This document shows, in pieces, positions 45,960 to 56,045 of a stretch of DNA of 64,000 nt. Origin of the DNA: Rubrivivax sp. (lineage in GTDB: Bacteria; Pseudomonadota; Gammaproteobacteria; Burkholderiales; Burkholderiaceae_C); the NCBI GenBank assembly GCA_030653505.1, contig JAURZK010000185.1, positions 13,807-77,806 on the forward strand, read 5' to 3'. The notes below the pieces were generated by a model. That model saw nothing but the letters and a program-made list of their open reading frames with translations. It did no database searches and was not told the origin of the DNA. Each line of letters begins with the position of its first letter. Within the stretch, counting starts at the first letter, position 1. A program made the translations under genes and the position numbers.

Positions 45960-46751
45960 CTACACCGGCACGGTGTAGTTCAGCGTCATGCGCCCGCCGT
46001 CGACGACGACGACTTCGCCCGTCATGTAGCTCGCCGCGTCGCTGAGCAGGAAGGCCACCACGTCGGCGATCTCGCCCGGCTCGCCCAGGCGCTTCATCGG
46101 CGTGCGGCTCATGATGCGGGCCTTGGCCTCGTCGCTGGTGAGCACGGCGTTTTTTGCCAGTTCGGTGGCGATGGTGCCGGGCGCCACGGCGTTGACACGC
46201 ACGCCCTGGTCGGCGAACGACAGCGCCATCACACGCGTCAGCTGGTTGATGGCGCCCTTGCTGGCGTTGTAGCTGGCGATGCTGGGGATGGTGAGCGTGC
46301 CGTTGACCGAGCTCATGTTGACGATGGCACCGCGTTGCTGCTTCACCATCTCGCGCGCCACGGCCTGGCCGACCAGGAAGCTGCCCTTCAGGTTGACGGC
46401 GATGACGGCGTCCCAGTCGGCTTCGGTGATGTCGAGGAAGGCCGCGGCCTTGAAGATGCCGGCGTTGTTGACGAGGCCGTCGACGTGGCCGAAACGGGCC
46501 AGCGTCGCGGCCAGCGCGCCGTCCACCTCGTCCTTGAGGGCGACGTTGCAGTGCAGGTAGAGCGCCTGGCCGCCGGCCGTGTTCAGCGCCTCGGCGAGTT
46601 GCTGGCCGGCCTCGTCGGCCAGGTCCCACAGCACCACCGAGGCGCCGTCCTGCACCAGGCGGCGTGCGCAGGCTTCGCCTATGCCCTGGGCGCCGCCGGT
46701 GATGACGATGACGCGGCCCTGCAGCCCGAAGTGGACGCCGGTGTTGTGCAT
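45960..46751 (-). CDS. SDR family oxidoreductase
   Basis: TGGAQGIG, NNAG, YNASK, RVNAVAPG. Confidence 0.95.
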   Translation of the reverse strand: MHNTGVHFGLQGRVIVITGGAQGIGEACARRLVQDGASVVLWDLADEAGQQLAEALNTAGGQALYLHCNVALKDEVDGALAATLARFGHVDGLVNNAGIFKAAAFLDITEADWDAVIAVNLKGSFLVGQAVAREMVKQQRGAIVNMSSVNGTLTIPSIASYNASKGAINQLTRVMALSFADQGVRVNAVAPGTIATELAKNAVLTSDEAKARIMSRTPMKRLGEPGEIADVVAFLLSDAASYMTGEVVVVDGGRMTLNYTVPV

Positions 46752-46819
46752 GTCTGCTTCCTGTGCCGTTCTGGCGCGCTGTCGGCGCGGGGGCGCAGTC
46801 TAGCGCGGGGGATGAACGC

Positions 46820-47767
46820 TCAGGCGGCGGCCCGGTCGAGCCAGATCGCCATGCCCTGGGCGTTGAGTTCGAGGTCCAGTGCCAGCAAGGCCTCGATCTC
46901 GTCGCGGGTCTTCGTGCAGCCGTTGGCCGCCAGGCTGGCGCAGAAGATCTCCAGCTGTCCGGCCTTCAGCGCGGCATGGCGGTCCGGTGCCAGGCGCAGC
47001 GTTTCGCCCAGCTCGACCATCTGCTGCAGCAGGCCCAGCAGCAAGGCACCCAGGCGCGGCACGTCGCCGACACAGCCGAAATGCGTGAGGTAGATGCAGG
47101 CCGGGTCTTCGGCCAGCAGGCGCCTGACGGTGGCCTGCAGCAGGTCGGGCTCGAACTGCACCGGGGTGGCCGTGGGGAAGATCCAGGCACCCTGCGGGCC
47201 GTCGAACTCGCGGTAGCTGATGCCGAAGGTGTCGCCCGTGAACCAGCCGCGCGTGGCGGCGTCCCACACGCAGTGGTGGTGGCGGGCGTGGCCCGGTGTG
47301 TCGGCAAAGCGCAGCGGGCGGCCGGCCAGTTCGATGGTCAGTCCGTCGTGCGTGATGCCCAGGCGTTCGGCCGGCACCGGCACGATGTGGCCGTAGGAAC
47401 GCGCCATCTCGGCCTCGCCGTAGACCGCGGTGGCACCGGCCCACAGCTTGGCGGGGTCCATGAGGTGGCGTGCGCCGCGCTCGTGCACCCAAACCCGCGC
47501 GTGCGGCAGCGCGCTCAGCAGCCCGCCCACGCCGCCGGCGTGGTCGAGGTGCACGTGGGTGGGGATGACCCAGTCGACCGCGTCGACGCCCAGGTCCAGC
47601 GCCCGCAGCGCTGCCAGCAGGCGCGGTACCGCGAGCTGCGTGCCGGTGTCGATGAAGGCGGCGCGTCCATCCTGCACCAGCAGGTAGGCGGCGTCGAAGT
47701 GGTCGCGATGGAAGGCCGTGTCGATGGCGTGGACGCCACCGGGCAGGGCCTGCAGGAAGGGCGGCAA
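46820..47767 (-). CDS. MBL-fold metallo-hydrolase
   Basis: THVHLDHAGG, TPGHARHH, FTGD, LTHFG; the TTG start is uncertain. Confidence 0.92.
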   Translation of the reverse strand: MPPFLQALPGGVHAIDTAFHRDHFDAAYLLVQDGRAAFIDTGTQLAVPRLLAALRALDLGVDAVDWVIPTHVHLDHAGGVGGLLSALPHARVWVHERGARHLMDPAKLWAGATAVYGEAEMARSYGHIVPVPAERLGITHDGLTIELAGRPLRFADTPGHARHHHCVWDAATRGWFTGDTFGISYREFDGPQGAWIFPTATPVQFEPDLLQATVRRLLAEDPACIYLTHFGCVGDVPRLGALLLGLLQQMVELGETLRLAPDRHAALKAGQLEIFCASLAANGCTKTRDEIEALLALDLELNAQGMAIWLDRAAA

Positions 47768-47783
47768 TGTCGGCAGGGTGATC

Positions 47784-48989
47784 TCAGCTGCCGTTGCCGA
47801 CGATCAGCCAGAGGCGGGCGATCTCGGCCGCCCCGTCGTTGCCCTTCACGCTGCGCAGCGTCTGCACGCCGGCCGACTTGGTCTTGGGCGATTGCAGCTG
47901 GGCCAGACCCAGGCGCAACTTGGCGTCCTCGGGGCGCTTCAGGTTGCCTTTGGCGATGCCGCGCTGGATGAATGCCACGCCTTTGTCGAGTTCGCCGAGC
48001 GAGACGTAGGAGACGCCGACCTTGACCAGGCCGTCGCCTTCCTTGAAACCCGCCGCTTCGGTGGCCTGGCCTTCGAGCTTGGCACGTGTCTCGGCCTCTT
48101 CCTTGACCGCCAGGTCGCGCAGGCGCTGGTGGCGGGCGGCTTCCGCACCGGTGCCCAGCACGCCTGACTTGAAGCCCTGTTCGGTCACGCGCAGCGCTTC
48201 GCCTGGCAGACCCTGCTGCATCAGCAACTGGGCCAGTTCCATGTAGTCCTCGGTCTTGGTCAGCGTGCCGCTGGCCAGGCGCAGTTGCAGCACGTCGAGC
48301 AGGAAACGGTCGGCAAAGTTGGCCTTGCGCGGCAGGCGGCCGAGGTAGGCGTTCCAGTAGTCCTTCTTCGGGTAGTAGGCCAGCAGCTTTTCGAGCGTGT
48401 TGCCGTATCCGGCCATGTTGCTGGTGCGCTGCTGGGCGTCGGCCAGGCGCAGCAGGTCACCTTCGTCGGGGCGGCGACCGGCCTGTTCCGCGGCCGACAC
48501 GGCGGCAGCGGCGTCGCGTGCAATGGCGGTGTAGTTGCCGCTGGCCGACTGCAGGTAGCTCTGCAATTGCCTGACGGTGCCACTGTTGTTACCCGCAGCG
48601 ATGGCTTTGTTCAACCACTCGGTGGCCTTGCCGTTGTTGCGCTGCTGCGCATAGGCATTGGCCAGCTGCTCGGCGTACTGGCCCAGCTGCGCGCCGCCGG
48701 CACGCCCTGCCAGGGCCTCCAGCGCCTGGATCGCAGTGGCCGTGTCGCCAGCCCGCTGGGCGGCCGCGGCCTTCATCGCGTCGATGGTCTGGCGCTCGGC
48801 CGCGGTGATGCCCGAGGCGCGTTCCGCTTCGCGCACCTTGGCCAGTGCTTCCTTCGCCTTGCCCGCCTTCAGGTAGTCGCCCGCCTGCTGCAGCGGCTTG
48901 CCGACCTCGGCCCGCAGGCCCTGCGCCGTAGCGACATGCAGGCCGCCCGCAAGGGCCAGGGCGAGGGTGAGGGCGCGCAAGTGCTTCAT
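47784..48989 (-). CDS. Exported TPR-like alpha-helical protein
   Basis: Signal peptide ending ATAQ; repeated helical A/L/Y-patterned units; last gene of the ton operon. Confidence 0.75.
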   Translation of the reverse strand: MKHLRALTLALALAGGLHVATAQGLRAEVGKPLQQAGDYLKAGKAKEALAKVREAERASGITAAERQTIDAMKAAAAQRAGDTATAIQALEALAGRAGGAQLGQYAEQLANAYAQQRNNGKATEWLNKAIAAGNNSGTVRQLQSYLQSASGNYTAIARDAAAAVSAAEQAGRRPDEGDLLRLADAQQRTSNMAGYGNTLEKLLAYYPKKDYWNAYLGRLPRKANFADRFLLDVLQLRLASGTLTKTEDYMELAQLLMQQGLPGEALRVTEQGFKSGVLGTGAEAARHQRLRDLAVKEEAETRAKLEGQATEAAGFKEGDGLVKVGVSYVSLGELDKGVAFIQRGIAKGNLKRPEDAKLRLGLAQLQSPKTKSAGVQTLRSVKGNDGAAEIARLWLIVGNGS

Positions 48990-49004
48990 GGGTCTGAAGG
49001 TGGG

Positions 49005-49442
49005 TCAGAGGAACTGTTCGTTGCCGACGATGCCGATCTTCGTCACGCCCAGGCGTTGGGCCGTGGCCATGATCATGGCAACATGCTTGTAGACCACTAG
49101 CTTGTTAGGGCGAAGGTGGACCTCGGGTTGGTCGGCCTGTGCCGCGACGGCCATCAGCCGCTGTTCTATCAACGCACGGTTGCCGGATTCGATGACCTCG
49201 CCGTTCCAGCCGATGGTGCCGTCGAAGTCGACGTCGATGCGGATGATCTCCGGCGGCGTCGGTGGCGGCGCGGCGTTGCTCGGCACCGGCATGTTCATCT
49301 TGACGGCGTGCGTCTGGATGGGGATGGTGATGATGAACATGATCAACAGCACCAGCATCACGTCGATCAGCGGCGTGGTGTTGATGTCCATCATGACGTC
49401 GCCGTCCGCGTCGCCTTCCGGTGCACCCACGTTCATGGACAT
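49005..49442 (-). CDS. exbD: ExbD/TolR family protein
   Basis: INTTPLIDVMLVLLIMF with the essential Asp. Confidence 0.93.
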   Translation of the reverse strand: MSMNVGAPEGDADGDVMMDINTTPLIDVMLVLLIMFIITIPIQTHAVKMNMPVPSNAAPPPTPPEIIRIDVDFDGTIGWNGEVIESGNRALIEQRLMAVAAQADQPEVHLRPNKLVVYKHVAMIMATAQRLGVTKIGIVGNEQFL

Positions 49443-49454
49443 GTCTTGTTCTCC

Positions 49455-49901
49455 TCAGTTCGCACGCGTGCCGGCACCGGCAGGCGGTTCGGTGATGAAA
49501 CCCACCTTGAAGATGCCGGCCCGCTGGCACGCCACGACGACGCGGCCGACGGATTCGTAGCGAACCTCGGAGTCACCACGGATGTGCACCTCGGGCTGCG
49601 GTTCCTTCACGGCCTCGATCTTCAGCCGGTTCACCAGCGCCTCGTTGTCGGCCATGCGCTCCAGGCCCCAATAGACCTCGCCGTCGCGGTTGACGGCGAT
49701 GACGATGTTCTCGGGCTTGGTCTGCGTCGGCAGGTTGCGCTCCTTGGGCAGCTCGAGCTTGATCGTCTGCGTGACCACCGGGATGGTGATCAGGAAGATG
49801 ATCAGCAGCACCAGCATCACGTCCACCAGCGGCGTGGTGTTGATGGTGTTGTTGAGCTGGTCTTCACCGCTGTCGTCAGCGGGTCCTACGTTCATCGACA
49901 T
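49455..49901 (-). CDS. exbD: ExbD/TolR family protein
   Basis: INTTPLVDVMLVLLIIF; IRGD...Y..V..V. Confidence 0.93.
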   Translation of the reverse strand: MSMNVGPADDSGEDQLNNTINTTPLVDVMLVLLIIFLITIPVVTQTIKLELPKERNLPTQTKPENIVIAVNRDGEVYWGLERMADNEALVNRLKIEAVKEPQPEVHIRGDSEVRYESVGRVVVACQRAGIFKVGFITEPPAGAGTRAN

Positions 49902-50007
49902 TCAGGCACTCCGGTAGCCAGGGCCGCACCGGATTCGGACCGGGTCTCCGGCTTCGAATCCGCGCCCCCGGGGGCGACGCCGCGCAGCGGCGTCTTGGGA
50001 CCGACAG

Positions 50008-50868
50008 TCAGCGCTTGCCTGCAAGCAGCACGTTCTGCAGGTCGCCGGCGAAGGCACGTGTGCGGTCCAGCACCGCCTTGTTGCGGCGCAGCAGCCAGTT
50101 GTAGCCCATCACCGCCGGCACGGCCACGGCCAGGCCGATGGCGGTCATGATGAGCGCTTCGCCCACGGGGCCGGCCACCTTGTCGATGGAAGCCTGGCCG
50201 CTGATGCCGATCTTGACCAGGGCGTTGTAGATGCCCCAGACGGTGCCGAACAGGCCCACGAACGGGGCGGTGGAGCCCACGGTGGCCAGCACGGCCATGC
50301 CGTCGCCCAGGCGGCTGTGCACGCTGCCGACGGCGCGGTCGACCGACATGCTGATCCAGGTGTGCTTGTCGATGGTCTCGACCATCGTGCCTTCGTGGTG
50401 GTCGGCGGCCTTGATGCCCTGCTGCGCGATGTAGTGGAAGGCGCTGCCCTCCTTCAGCGCCGCGGCTCCGGACTGCACCGAGCTGGCCTTCCAGAAGGAG
50501 TCGGCCGACTCCTCGGCGCTCTTGAGCATGCTGCGCTGCTCGAAGAGCTTGGTGAAGATCACGTACCAGCTGCCCATGGACATGATGATCAGGATGACCA
50601 GCGTGCCCTTGGCGACGTAATCGCCCTGGCCCCACAGCGCCTTCAGACCATAGGGGTTCTCGACCGCTTCCTCGGAAACAACGGGCGCCATCGGCGCCGG
50701 TGCGGCGGCCGGGGCGGGTTCGGCCGCCGGGGCGGCAGCCGCCGGCTCGGAAGCCGCCTGGGCGAGCACCAGTGTGGGCATGCTGCAGGCCAGGACGAGG
50801 CCGGCGAGCAGTGTGGCCCCGGTCTTGGCCGCCCACGTACGGGCGGAGGTGATGTGTTGCATGGTCAT
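50008..50868 (-). CDS. exbB: ExbB (MotA/TolQ/ExbB) with signal-like, Ala/Pro-rich N-terminal extension
   Basis: LATVGSTAPFVGLFGTVWGI, VGEALIMTAIGL.VAVPA; start is ATG 50868. Confidence 0.93.
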   Translation of the reverse strand: MTMQHITSARTWAAKTGATLLAGLVLACSMPTLVLAQAASEPAAAAPAAEPAPAAAPAPMAPVVSEEAVENPYGLKALWGQGDYVAKGTLVILIIMSMGSWYVIFTKLFEQRSMLKSAEESADSFWKASSVQSGAAALKEGSAFHYIAQQGIKAADHHEGTMVETIDKHTWISMSVDRAVGSVHSRLGDGMAVLATVGSTAPFVGLFGTVWGIYNALVKIGISGQASIDKVAGPVGEALIMTAIGLAVAVPAVMGYNWLLRRNKAVLDRTRAFAGDLQNVLLAGKR

Positions 50869-50930
50869 GTGGACTCCAAAGGAACGGTCTCGCGCGGCGC
50901 TGCAGCCGCGTTCTTGGGTGGGAAAGGGAA

Positions 50931-51620
50931 TCAGTCGAGCTTCCAGACGTATTCGACATCGAACGACGCGCCAACCGCCCTGCCGTTCTCGTCGATGCCC
51001 GCCTTGAAGGTGCACTCGCTGAGCTTGGTCATCGCCAGCCGGTCGAGCATCTTGTGTTCACGCGTCGAGCCGGCCGACCTCACGACCTGCGCGCTGTCCA
51101 GCTTGCCGTCGGCACCGATGCTGAAGCGCACACGGGTGGTGCCGGTGGCCTCTGAGCGGCGGGCAGCGGCAGGGTAGTCGTCGGCCGTCGGTGCACAAGA
51201 GGCGGCATTGGCGATGGCGGGTGATGCCGCGCGGCGCGGCGGCGGTGCCGGCGGTGCCGGCGGCGCGATGACGGGCGGTGCGGGCGTCACCGTCACCGCC
51301 TGCACCGGTGGCGCCACCTGTGTCGTGGTGATGGTCGGCGCGGGCGTCGGCGGCGGGTTCACGTTGACCTCGGGCGGCGGCACGAAGGACGGCGGCGGCG
51401 GCGCGAATTTCGGCGGCGGCGGCAGGTTCTCGGGCGGCGGCGGCTCGGGCGGCTTGACCTCTTCGATGATCTTCGTCTCGATCGGCGCCTTGATCACTTC
51501 CACCAGCCGCTGGGCCAGGCCGTTCATCAGCGCCCAGCCGAGGATGATGTGCAACACCACCACGATGGCGAAGCCGATGGCGTGTCTGCCCGGGTTGCGT
51601 TGTTGTTCGGCGAAATCCAC
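50931..51620 (-). CDS. tonB: TonB energy transducer
   Basis: N-terminal TM with His (VVLHIILG), Pro-rich linker, YP..ARR....G...VRF C-terminal domain. Confidence 0.92.
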   Translation of the reverse strand: MDFAEQQRNPGRHAIGFAIVVVLHIILGWALMNGLAQRLVEVIKAPIETKIIEEVKPPEPPPPENLPPPPKFAPPPPSFVPPPEVNVNPPPTPAPTITTTQVAPPVQAVTVTPAPPVIAPPAPPAPPPRRAASPAIANAASCAPTADDYPAAARRSEATGTTRVRFSIGADGKLDSAQVVRSAGSTREHKMLDRLAMTKLSECTFKAGIDENGRAVGASFDVEYVWKLD

Positions 51621-51905
51621 TCAGTCCTCCAGACGACCGCGCACGGCTGTGATGCACGAGCCCTGTGTAATCAAACTACATCCGTTTTGGCTCACCCCAA
51701 GGTGATGCGGGTAAGGCGCGGCACTATATCGCGAAGCGCCTGCCCTCCGCCCCGGGCCTCACCCTAGACCGGGGGTGAAGCGCCCCCCCGGAGCTTGCAT
51801 CGACGAAGGTGTGCAAGAACGGGGCCACCCGGCCGCAGGGCCTGCACCTGGTCACGAATGTAGTGGCGCTTCGTCTGGGGCGACGTGCGGCGGCGCACAG
51901 TGCAC

Positions 51906-52844
51906 TCAATCGGAGCCCAGGCGCTGCAGCACCCGCAGGGCCGCGGGCGCGGCATCGGCGGCGTCGCAGGCCACGGTCTGCCGCGGTGTCGTCGAACGCA
52001 ACCAGGTCAGCTGCCGTTTCGCGAGCTGCCGCGTGGCGGCGATGCCGGCTTCGCGCAGCCCGTCGAGCCGACCGCTGTCCAGTGCCGCCCAGGCCTGGCG
52101 GTAGCCCACGCAGCGCATCGCCGGCAGCGCGGCGTGCAGGTCGCCACGGCGGCGCAGTGCATGCACCTCATCGAGCAGCCCGGCCGCGAGCATGGCGTCG
52201 AAGCGCTGCGCGATGCGCGCGTGCAGCCAGGCGCGCGAGAGCGGCTCCAGCGCCACCAGCGGCAGCGCGGCGGCGTCGGCGGGCTGGGCGCCGGCACTGT
52301 CGCGGCGCTGCCAATCCGAAAGCGGCCGGCCGCTCGCCCGGAACACTTCCAGCGCCCGCTGCACACGCTGCGCGTCGGCGGGCGCCAGGCGGGCGGCAGT
52401 GATGGGGTCGACGCGCGCCAGTTCGGCATGCAGCGCCGGCCAGCCCCGTTCTGCGGCTTCCTCGTCCAGGGCGCGGCGCAGCGCGGGGTCGGCCGCAGGC
52501 ATGTCGTCCAGGCCCTCGCGCAGGGCCTTGTAGTAGAGCATCGTGCCGCCCACCAGCAGCGGCAGCCGGCCGCGCGCGGTGATCTCGTCGATCAGCCGCC
52601 GCGCGTCGGCGACGAAGCGCGCCGCGCTGTAGGCCTCGGTGGGCTCGAGGATGTCGATGAGGTGGTGCGGCACCGCCGCACGCTCGGCGGCGCTGGGCTT
52701 GGCGGTGCCGATGTCCATGCCGCGGTAGACCAGCGCCGAGTCGACGCTGACGATCTCCAGCGGCAGGCGTTCGGCCAGCGCCAATGCCACCGCGGTCTTG
52801 CCCGAGGCCGTGGGCCCGGCCAGGCACAGCGCACGCGGCCTCAT
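51906..52844 (-). CDS. miaA: tRNA dimethylallyltransferase
   Basis: [49 protein letters not shown]. Confidence 0.97.
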   Translation of the reverse strand: MRPRALCLAGPTASGKTAVALALAERLPLEIVSVDSALVYRGMDIGTAKPSAAERAAVPHHLIDILEPTEAYSAARFVADARRLIDEITARGRLPLLVGGTMLYYKALREGLDDMPAADPALRRALDEEAAERGWPALHAELARVDPITAARLAPADAQRVQRALEVFRASGRPLSDWQRRDSAGAQPADAAALPLVALEPLSRAWLHARIAQRFDAMLAAGLLDEVHALRRRGDLHAALPAMRCVGYRQAWAALDSGRLDGLREAGIAATRQLAKRQLTWLRSTTPRQTVACDAADAAPAALRVLQRLGSD

Positions 52845-52892
52845 GCGGCCCGCGGCGGGCCGCCGCAGCAGCGGGCCCGCCTGGCGGCCGGA

Positions 52893-53987
52893 CTAGAAAC
52901 GTTCGTCGTCACGCAGGTAACGCCACTGCCCAGGCGGTAGTGCGCCCAGGGCAACGCTGCCGATGCGCACCCGTTTCAGCCCCAGCACCTGCAGCCCGAC
53001 GAGTTCACACATGCGGCGGATCTGCCGCTTGCGGCCTTCACGCAGCACGAAGCGCAGCTGGTCCTCGTTCTGCCAGCTCACGCGCGCCGGGCGCAGCTGC
53101 AAGTCGTCGAGCACCAGGCCGTGGCGCAGGCGCTGCAGCGCCGACTCGGGCAGTGCGGCAGTGCCACCGGGATAGGCCACGCGCACCAGGTACTCCTTCT
53201 CGACGCGGGTCTCGTCGCCGATCAGGCGCTTGGCGATGCGGCCATCCTGTGTCAGCACCAGCAGGCCGGTGCTGTCGATGTCAAGCCGCCCGGCAGGCGC
53301 CAGGTGGCGCAGATGGCCGCCCTGGAACTCGATGCCCGAGCTGTCACCTTCCCAGCGGTTGGCGCGCGTCACCAGCACCACCGCGGGTTCGTAGCCGTCC
53401 TCGGCCTGGCCGCTGACGTAGCCGACGGGTTTGTTCAGCAGCACGGTGACACGGCGCGCCTGCTCGGCGCTGGCGCGCGGGTCGATCTCGATCACCGCGT
53501 CGGTGTGGGCGCGCTGGCCCAGCACGGCCAGGCGGCCGTTGACGCGCACCCAGCCGGCCTCGATCCATTCGTCGGCCTCGCGACGCGAGGCCAGGCCACG
53601 GTCGGTCATCAGCTTGGCTACGCGCAGGCCGTCGGCGTGCGGGGTGGCGGCTGCGGCAGGGCCGCGTGGCGCGGAGGCCGGCGGCGCGAGTGGGCGCATG
53701 GGCGCAGGGCGGGGTGGGGCTGGCCGGGGTGGGGCGGGGCGTCCGGCGTCGGACGGCGGCCGTTCGCGTGGCGCTCGCTCGCGTGATGGGCGCGCTGAGG
53801 CGGCCGGCGCGGCGCGGGGGCCGGCGACGTCGGGGGCGGGCGGGTCGACAGGCGCTCCGCTGGGCGATGCCGTCGGCTCACCACGTCGCGCGGGCGGTCG
53901 CGGCGCGGCAAAACCTCGCACCGGCGGGCGGCGCGGGTCGCGCGCCTGGGCGCGTGGCTTCACGGTGAGCTTGGGGCGGTCGGTCAT
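52893..53987 (-). CDS. rRNA pseudouridine synthase (RsuA/RluB/RluF family) with S4 domain and long disordered N-terminus
   Basis: RVAKLM...G.ASRREAD, NKPVGY, GRLD..STGLL..T.DG, EG+KRQIRRM. Confidence 0.93.
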   Translation of the reverse strand: MTDRPKLTVKPRAQARDPRRPPVRGFAAPRPPARRGEPTASPSGAPVDPPAPDVAGPRAAPAASARPSRERAPRERPPSDAGRPAPPRPAPPRPAPMRPLAPPASAPRGPAAAATPHADGLRVAKLMTDRGLASRREADEWIEAGWVRVNGRLAVLGQRAHTDAVIEIDPRASAEQARRVTVLLNKPVGYVSGQAEDGYEPAVVLVTRANRWEGDSSGIEFQGGHLRHLAPAGRLDIDSTGLLVLTQDGRIAKRLIGDETRVEKEYLVRVAYPGGTAALPESALQRLRHGLVLDDLQLRPARVSWQNEDQLRFVLREGRKRQIRRMCELVGLQVLGLKRVRIGSVALGALPPGQWRYLRDDERF

Positions 53988-54071
53988 GCAGCGATTGGAT
54001 CACGCGCGGCGGCGGCGCACGCCCCCTGTCAGGTTTCGCTATCGTCGCCGACTGCACCCCCGGAGCCCCAG

Positions 54072-54749
54072 ATGCCGACCACAAGCCGCCTGCGAACGTG
54101 GCTGCTGCCGTGCGCGCTGTGCAGCGCGCTGGCCGATGCGGCGCCGGCCCTGTCGCCGCCACTGCAGGCCGAACTCGACCACGCTGTCTTGGCCTACGAA
54201 GCCGGCCGGCACGGCCCGGCGCGCGCGGCCTTCGAGTCGCTGGCGCGGCGCGGCGTGCCGGCGGCGGCCCACAACCTGGCGGTGATGCACCTGCGCGGTG
54301 AACTGCAGCAGCCCGACCTGGCCCTGGCGCGGCGCCTGCTCGAAGGCGCCGCTGCCGCCGGCTTCGTCACGGCGCAGCTGACACTCGGGCAGGCGTTGGA
54401 ACACGGCGACCTCGGGCCGCGCGACCTGGCCGCCGCGCACCGCTGGTACACACTGGCCGCCGAGGGCGGCAGCGTCGACGCGCAGGTGGCGATGGGCACC
54501 GCGCACTACCTCGGCCGCGGCGCCGCGAAGGACGCCGCCCGCGCGGTGTACTGGTTCCGCGAGGCCGCCAAGGGCGGCGACGTCGGGGCCATGTACCTGC
54601 TGGCGTCGATGTACGAGCAGGGCGACGGCGTCGAGCGTGACCTGCGTCTGGCGCGCTACTGGTACGGCGTGGCGGCGAAAAACGGCGACGAGGCGGCACC
54701 GGCCAAGCTCAGGCAGATCGACGCGCAACTCGCCGCGGTGCCCGGCTGA
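54072..54749 (+). CDS. Exported Sel1-like repeat protein
   Basis: Repeats A..NLA.M..RG, AQ..LG..LE.G, A..WY..AA..G, AMY.LA.MY..GDGV. Confidence 0.9.
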   Translation: MPTTSRLRTWLLPCALCSALADAAPALSPPLQAELDHAVLAYEAGRHGPARAAFESLARRGVPAAAHNLAVMHLRGELQQPDLALARRLLEGAAAAGFVTAQLTLGQALEHGDLGPRDLAAAHRWYTLAAEGGSVDAQVAMGTAHYLGRGAAKDAARAVYWFREAAKGGDVGAMYLLASMYEQGDGVERDLRLARYWYGVAAKNGDEAAPAKLRQIDAQLAAVPG

Positions 54750-54786
54750 ACCGGCGACAGCGAGCGGCCCCTGCGCGGTCTGCGGC

Positions 54787-55062
54787 CTACAGCACCACCT
54801 TCACCATCGGGTGCGTGCTCAGCGTGCGGTAGAGCTCGTCGAGCTGCTCTCGGCTGGTGGCCGTGACGGTGAGCGTCAGCCCCAGGTAGTTGCCGGCCTT
54901 GCTGGGGCGGCGCTCGATGGTGGCGGCGTCGAAACCGGCGTCGAACTGCAGCGCGATGGACACCATCGCGGCTTCGAAACCTTCGACCTGCGCGCCCATG
55001 ACCTTGATCGGGAAGGCGCAGGGGTATGCGATCAGGCTCTCTTCGGGCGGGATCTCGCGCAT
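54787..55062 (-). CDS. ybeD: YbeD/DUF493 family protein
   Basis: YP..FPIKVMG, RPS..GNY..LT, QLD.LYR.L..HPMVK.VL; start is ATG 55062. Confidence 0.92.
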   Translation of the reverse strand: MREIPPEESLIAYPCAFPIKVMGAQVEGFEAAMVSIALQFDAGFDAATIERRPSKAGNYLGLTLTVTATSREQLDELYRTLSTHPMVKVVL

Positions 55063-55076
55063 GGCGGGCGCCTTGC

Positions 55077-55958
55077 TCAGATCGACATCGTGCGCTTGGC
55101 CTGCTGGTAGGCTTCGAAGAGCCGGCCGTAGACCGGCCCCGGCTTGCCGCGCAGCGCGCCGTGGCCCACGGCCTCGCCATCGATCTTGGTCACCGCCAGC
55201 ACCTCCTTGGTGGCCGAGCTCAGCAGCACCTCGTCTGCGGCGTGCACGTCGGCCTCGGGGATGGGGCGCAGGTTGTAGGCGATGCCACATTCCTCGCACA
55301 GCTCGCGCAGCAGTTCCACGCGTATGCCTTCCAGCACGTGTTCGCTCTTGGGCGGGCCCAGCAGCGCGCCTTCGTGCACCACCCAGACGTTGCTGGCCGC
55401 GGCCTCGGTGAGGTAGCCGTCGCGGAACATGATGGTTTCCATTGCGCCTTGGTCGGCCGACATCTGCCGTGCCAGCACGTTGCCCAGCAGGCTGGTGCTC
55501 TTGATGTCGCCACGCTCCCAGCGGAAGTCGCGCGCCGTGGTGCAGGCCACGCCGGCGTGGCGCTGCTCGGGTGTCGCCGGTTTCATGGGGTTGCACATCA
55601 TGAACACGGTGGGTGTGATGCCCGGCGGCATGACGTGGTCGCGCGGCGCCACGCCACGCGTGACCTGGATGTAGACCACCTGGTCATCGCTGCCCATGGC
55701 CTCGGCGCCTGCGGACACCAGGCGGCGGCAGCGTTGCAGCCATTCTTCGCGGCTGGCGGGGCTGGGAATGCGCACCTTGGTCAGCGACCGGTTCAGCCGC
55801 GCCAGGTGTTCGTCGAAGCGGAACAGGCGGCCGCCGTAGGCTGGCACGACCTCGTAGATGCCGTCGCCGAAGATGAAGCCGCGGTCAAGCACCGGCACGC
55901 GGGCTTCGCCCAGGGGCAGGTAGTCGCCGTTGAGGAAGCACAGGGAAGAGGCGTTCAT
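55077..55958 (-). CDS. dat: D-amino acid aminotransferase (class IV)
   Basis: LDRGFIFGDGIYEV, YIQVTRG, DIKSTSLL.NVL, LTEAAASN; an upstream GTG at 56003 is an alternative start. Confidence 0.9.
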   Translation of the reverse strand: MNASSLCFLNGDYLPLGEARVPVLDRGFIFGDGIYEVVPAYGGRLFRFDEHLARLNRSLTKVRIPSPASREEWLQRCRRLVSAGAEAMGSDDQVVYIQVTRGVAPRDHVMPPGITPTVFMMCNPMKPATPEQRHAGVACTTARDFRWERGDIKSTSLLGNVLARQMSADQGAMETIMFRDGYLTEAAASNVWVVHEGALLGPPKSEHVLEGIRVELLRELCEECGIAYNLRPIPEADVHAADEVLLSSATKEVLAVTKIDGEAVGHGALRGKPGPVYGRLFEAYQQAKRTMSI

Positions 55959-56045
55959 GGGCAGCACCAGGCAGGGTTGGCAGAGCGGGTGATTTGGGGC
56001 CACTTTAGGCGCAAACGGCGGCAGTGCGCCAGCGTCAGAACGGCC

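Noticed and set aside
52893-53987. Pro/Arg-rich N-terminus of the pseudouridine synthase as a novel domain
   Set aside because: Low-complexity extensions are common in this family; there is no periodic repeat or conserved motif.
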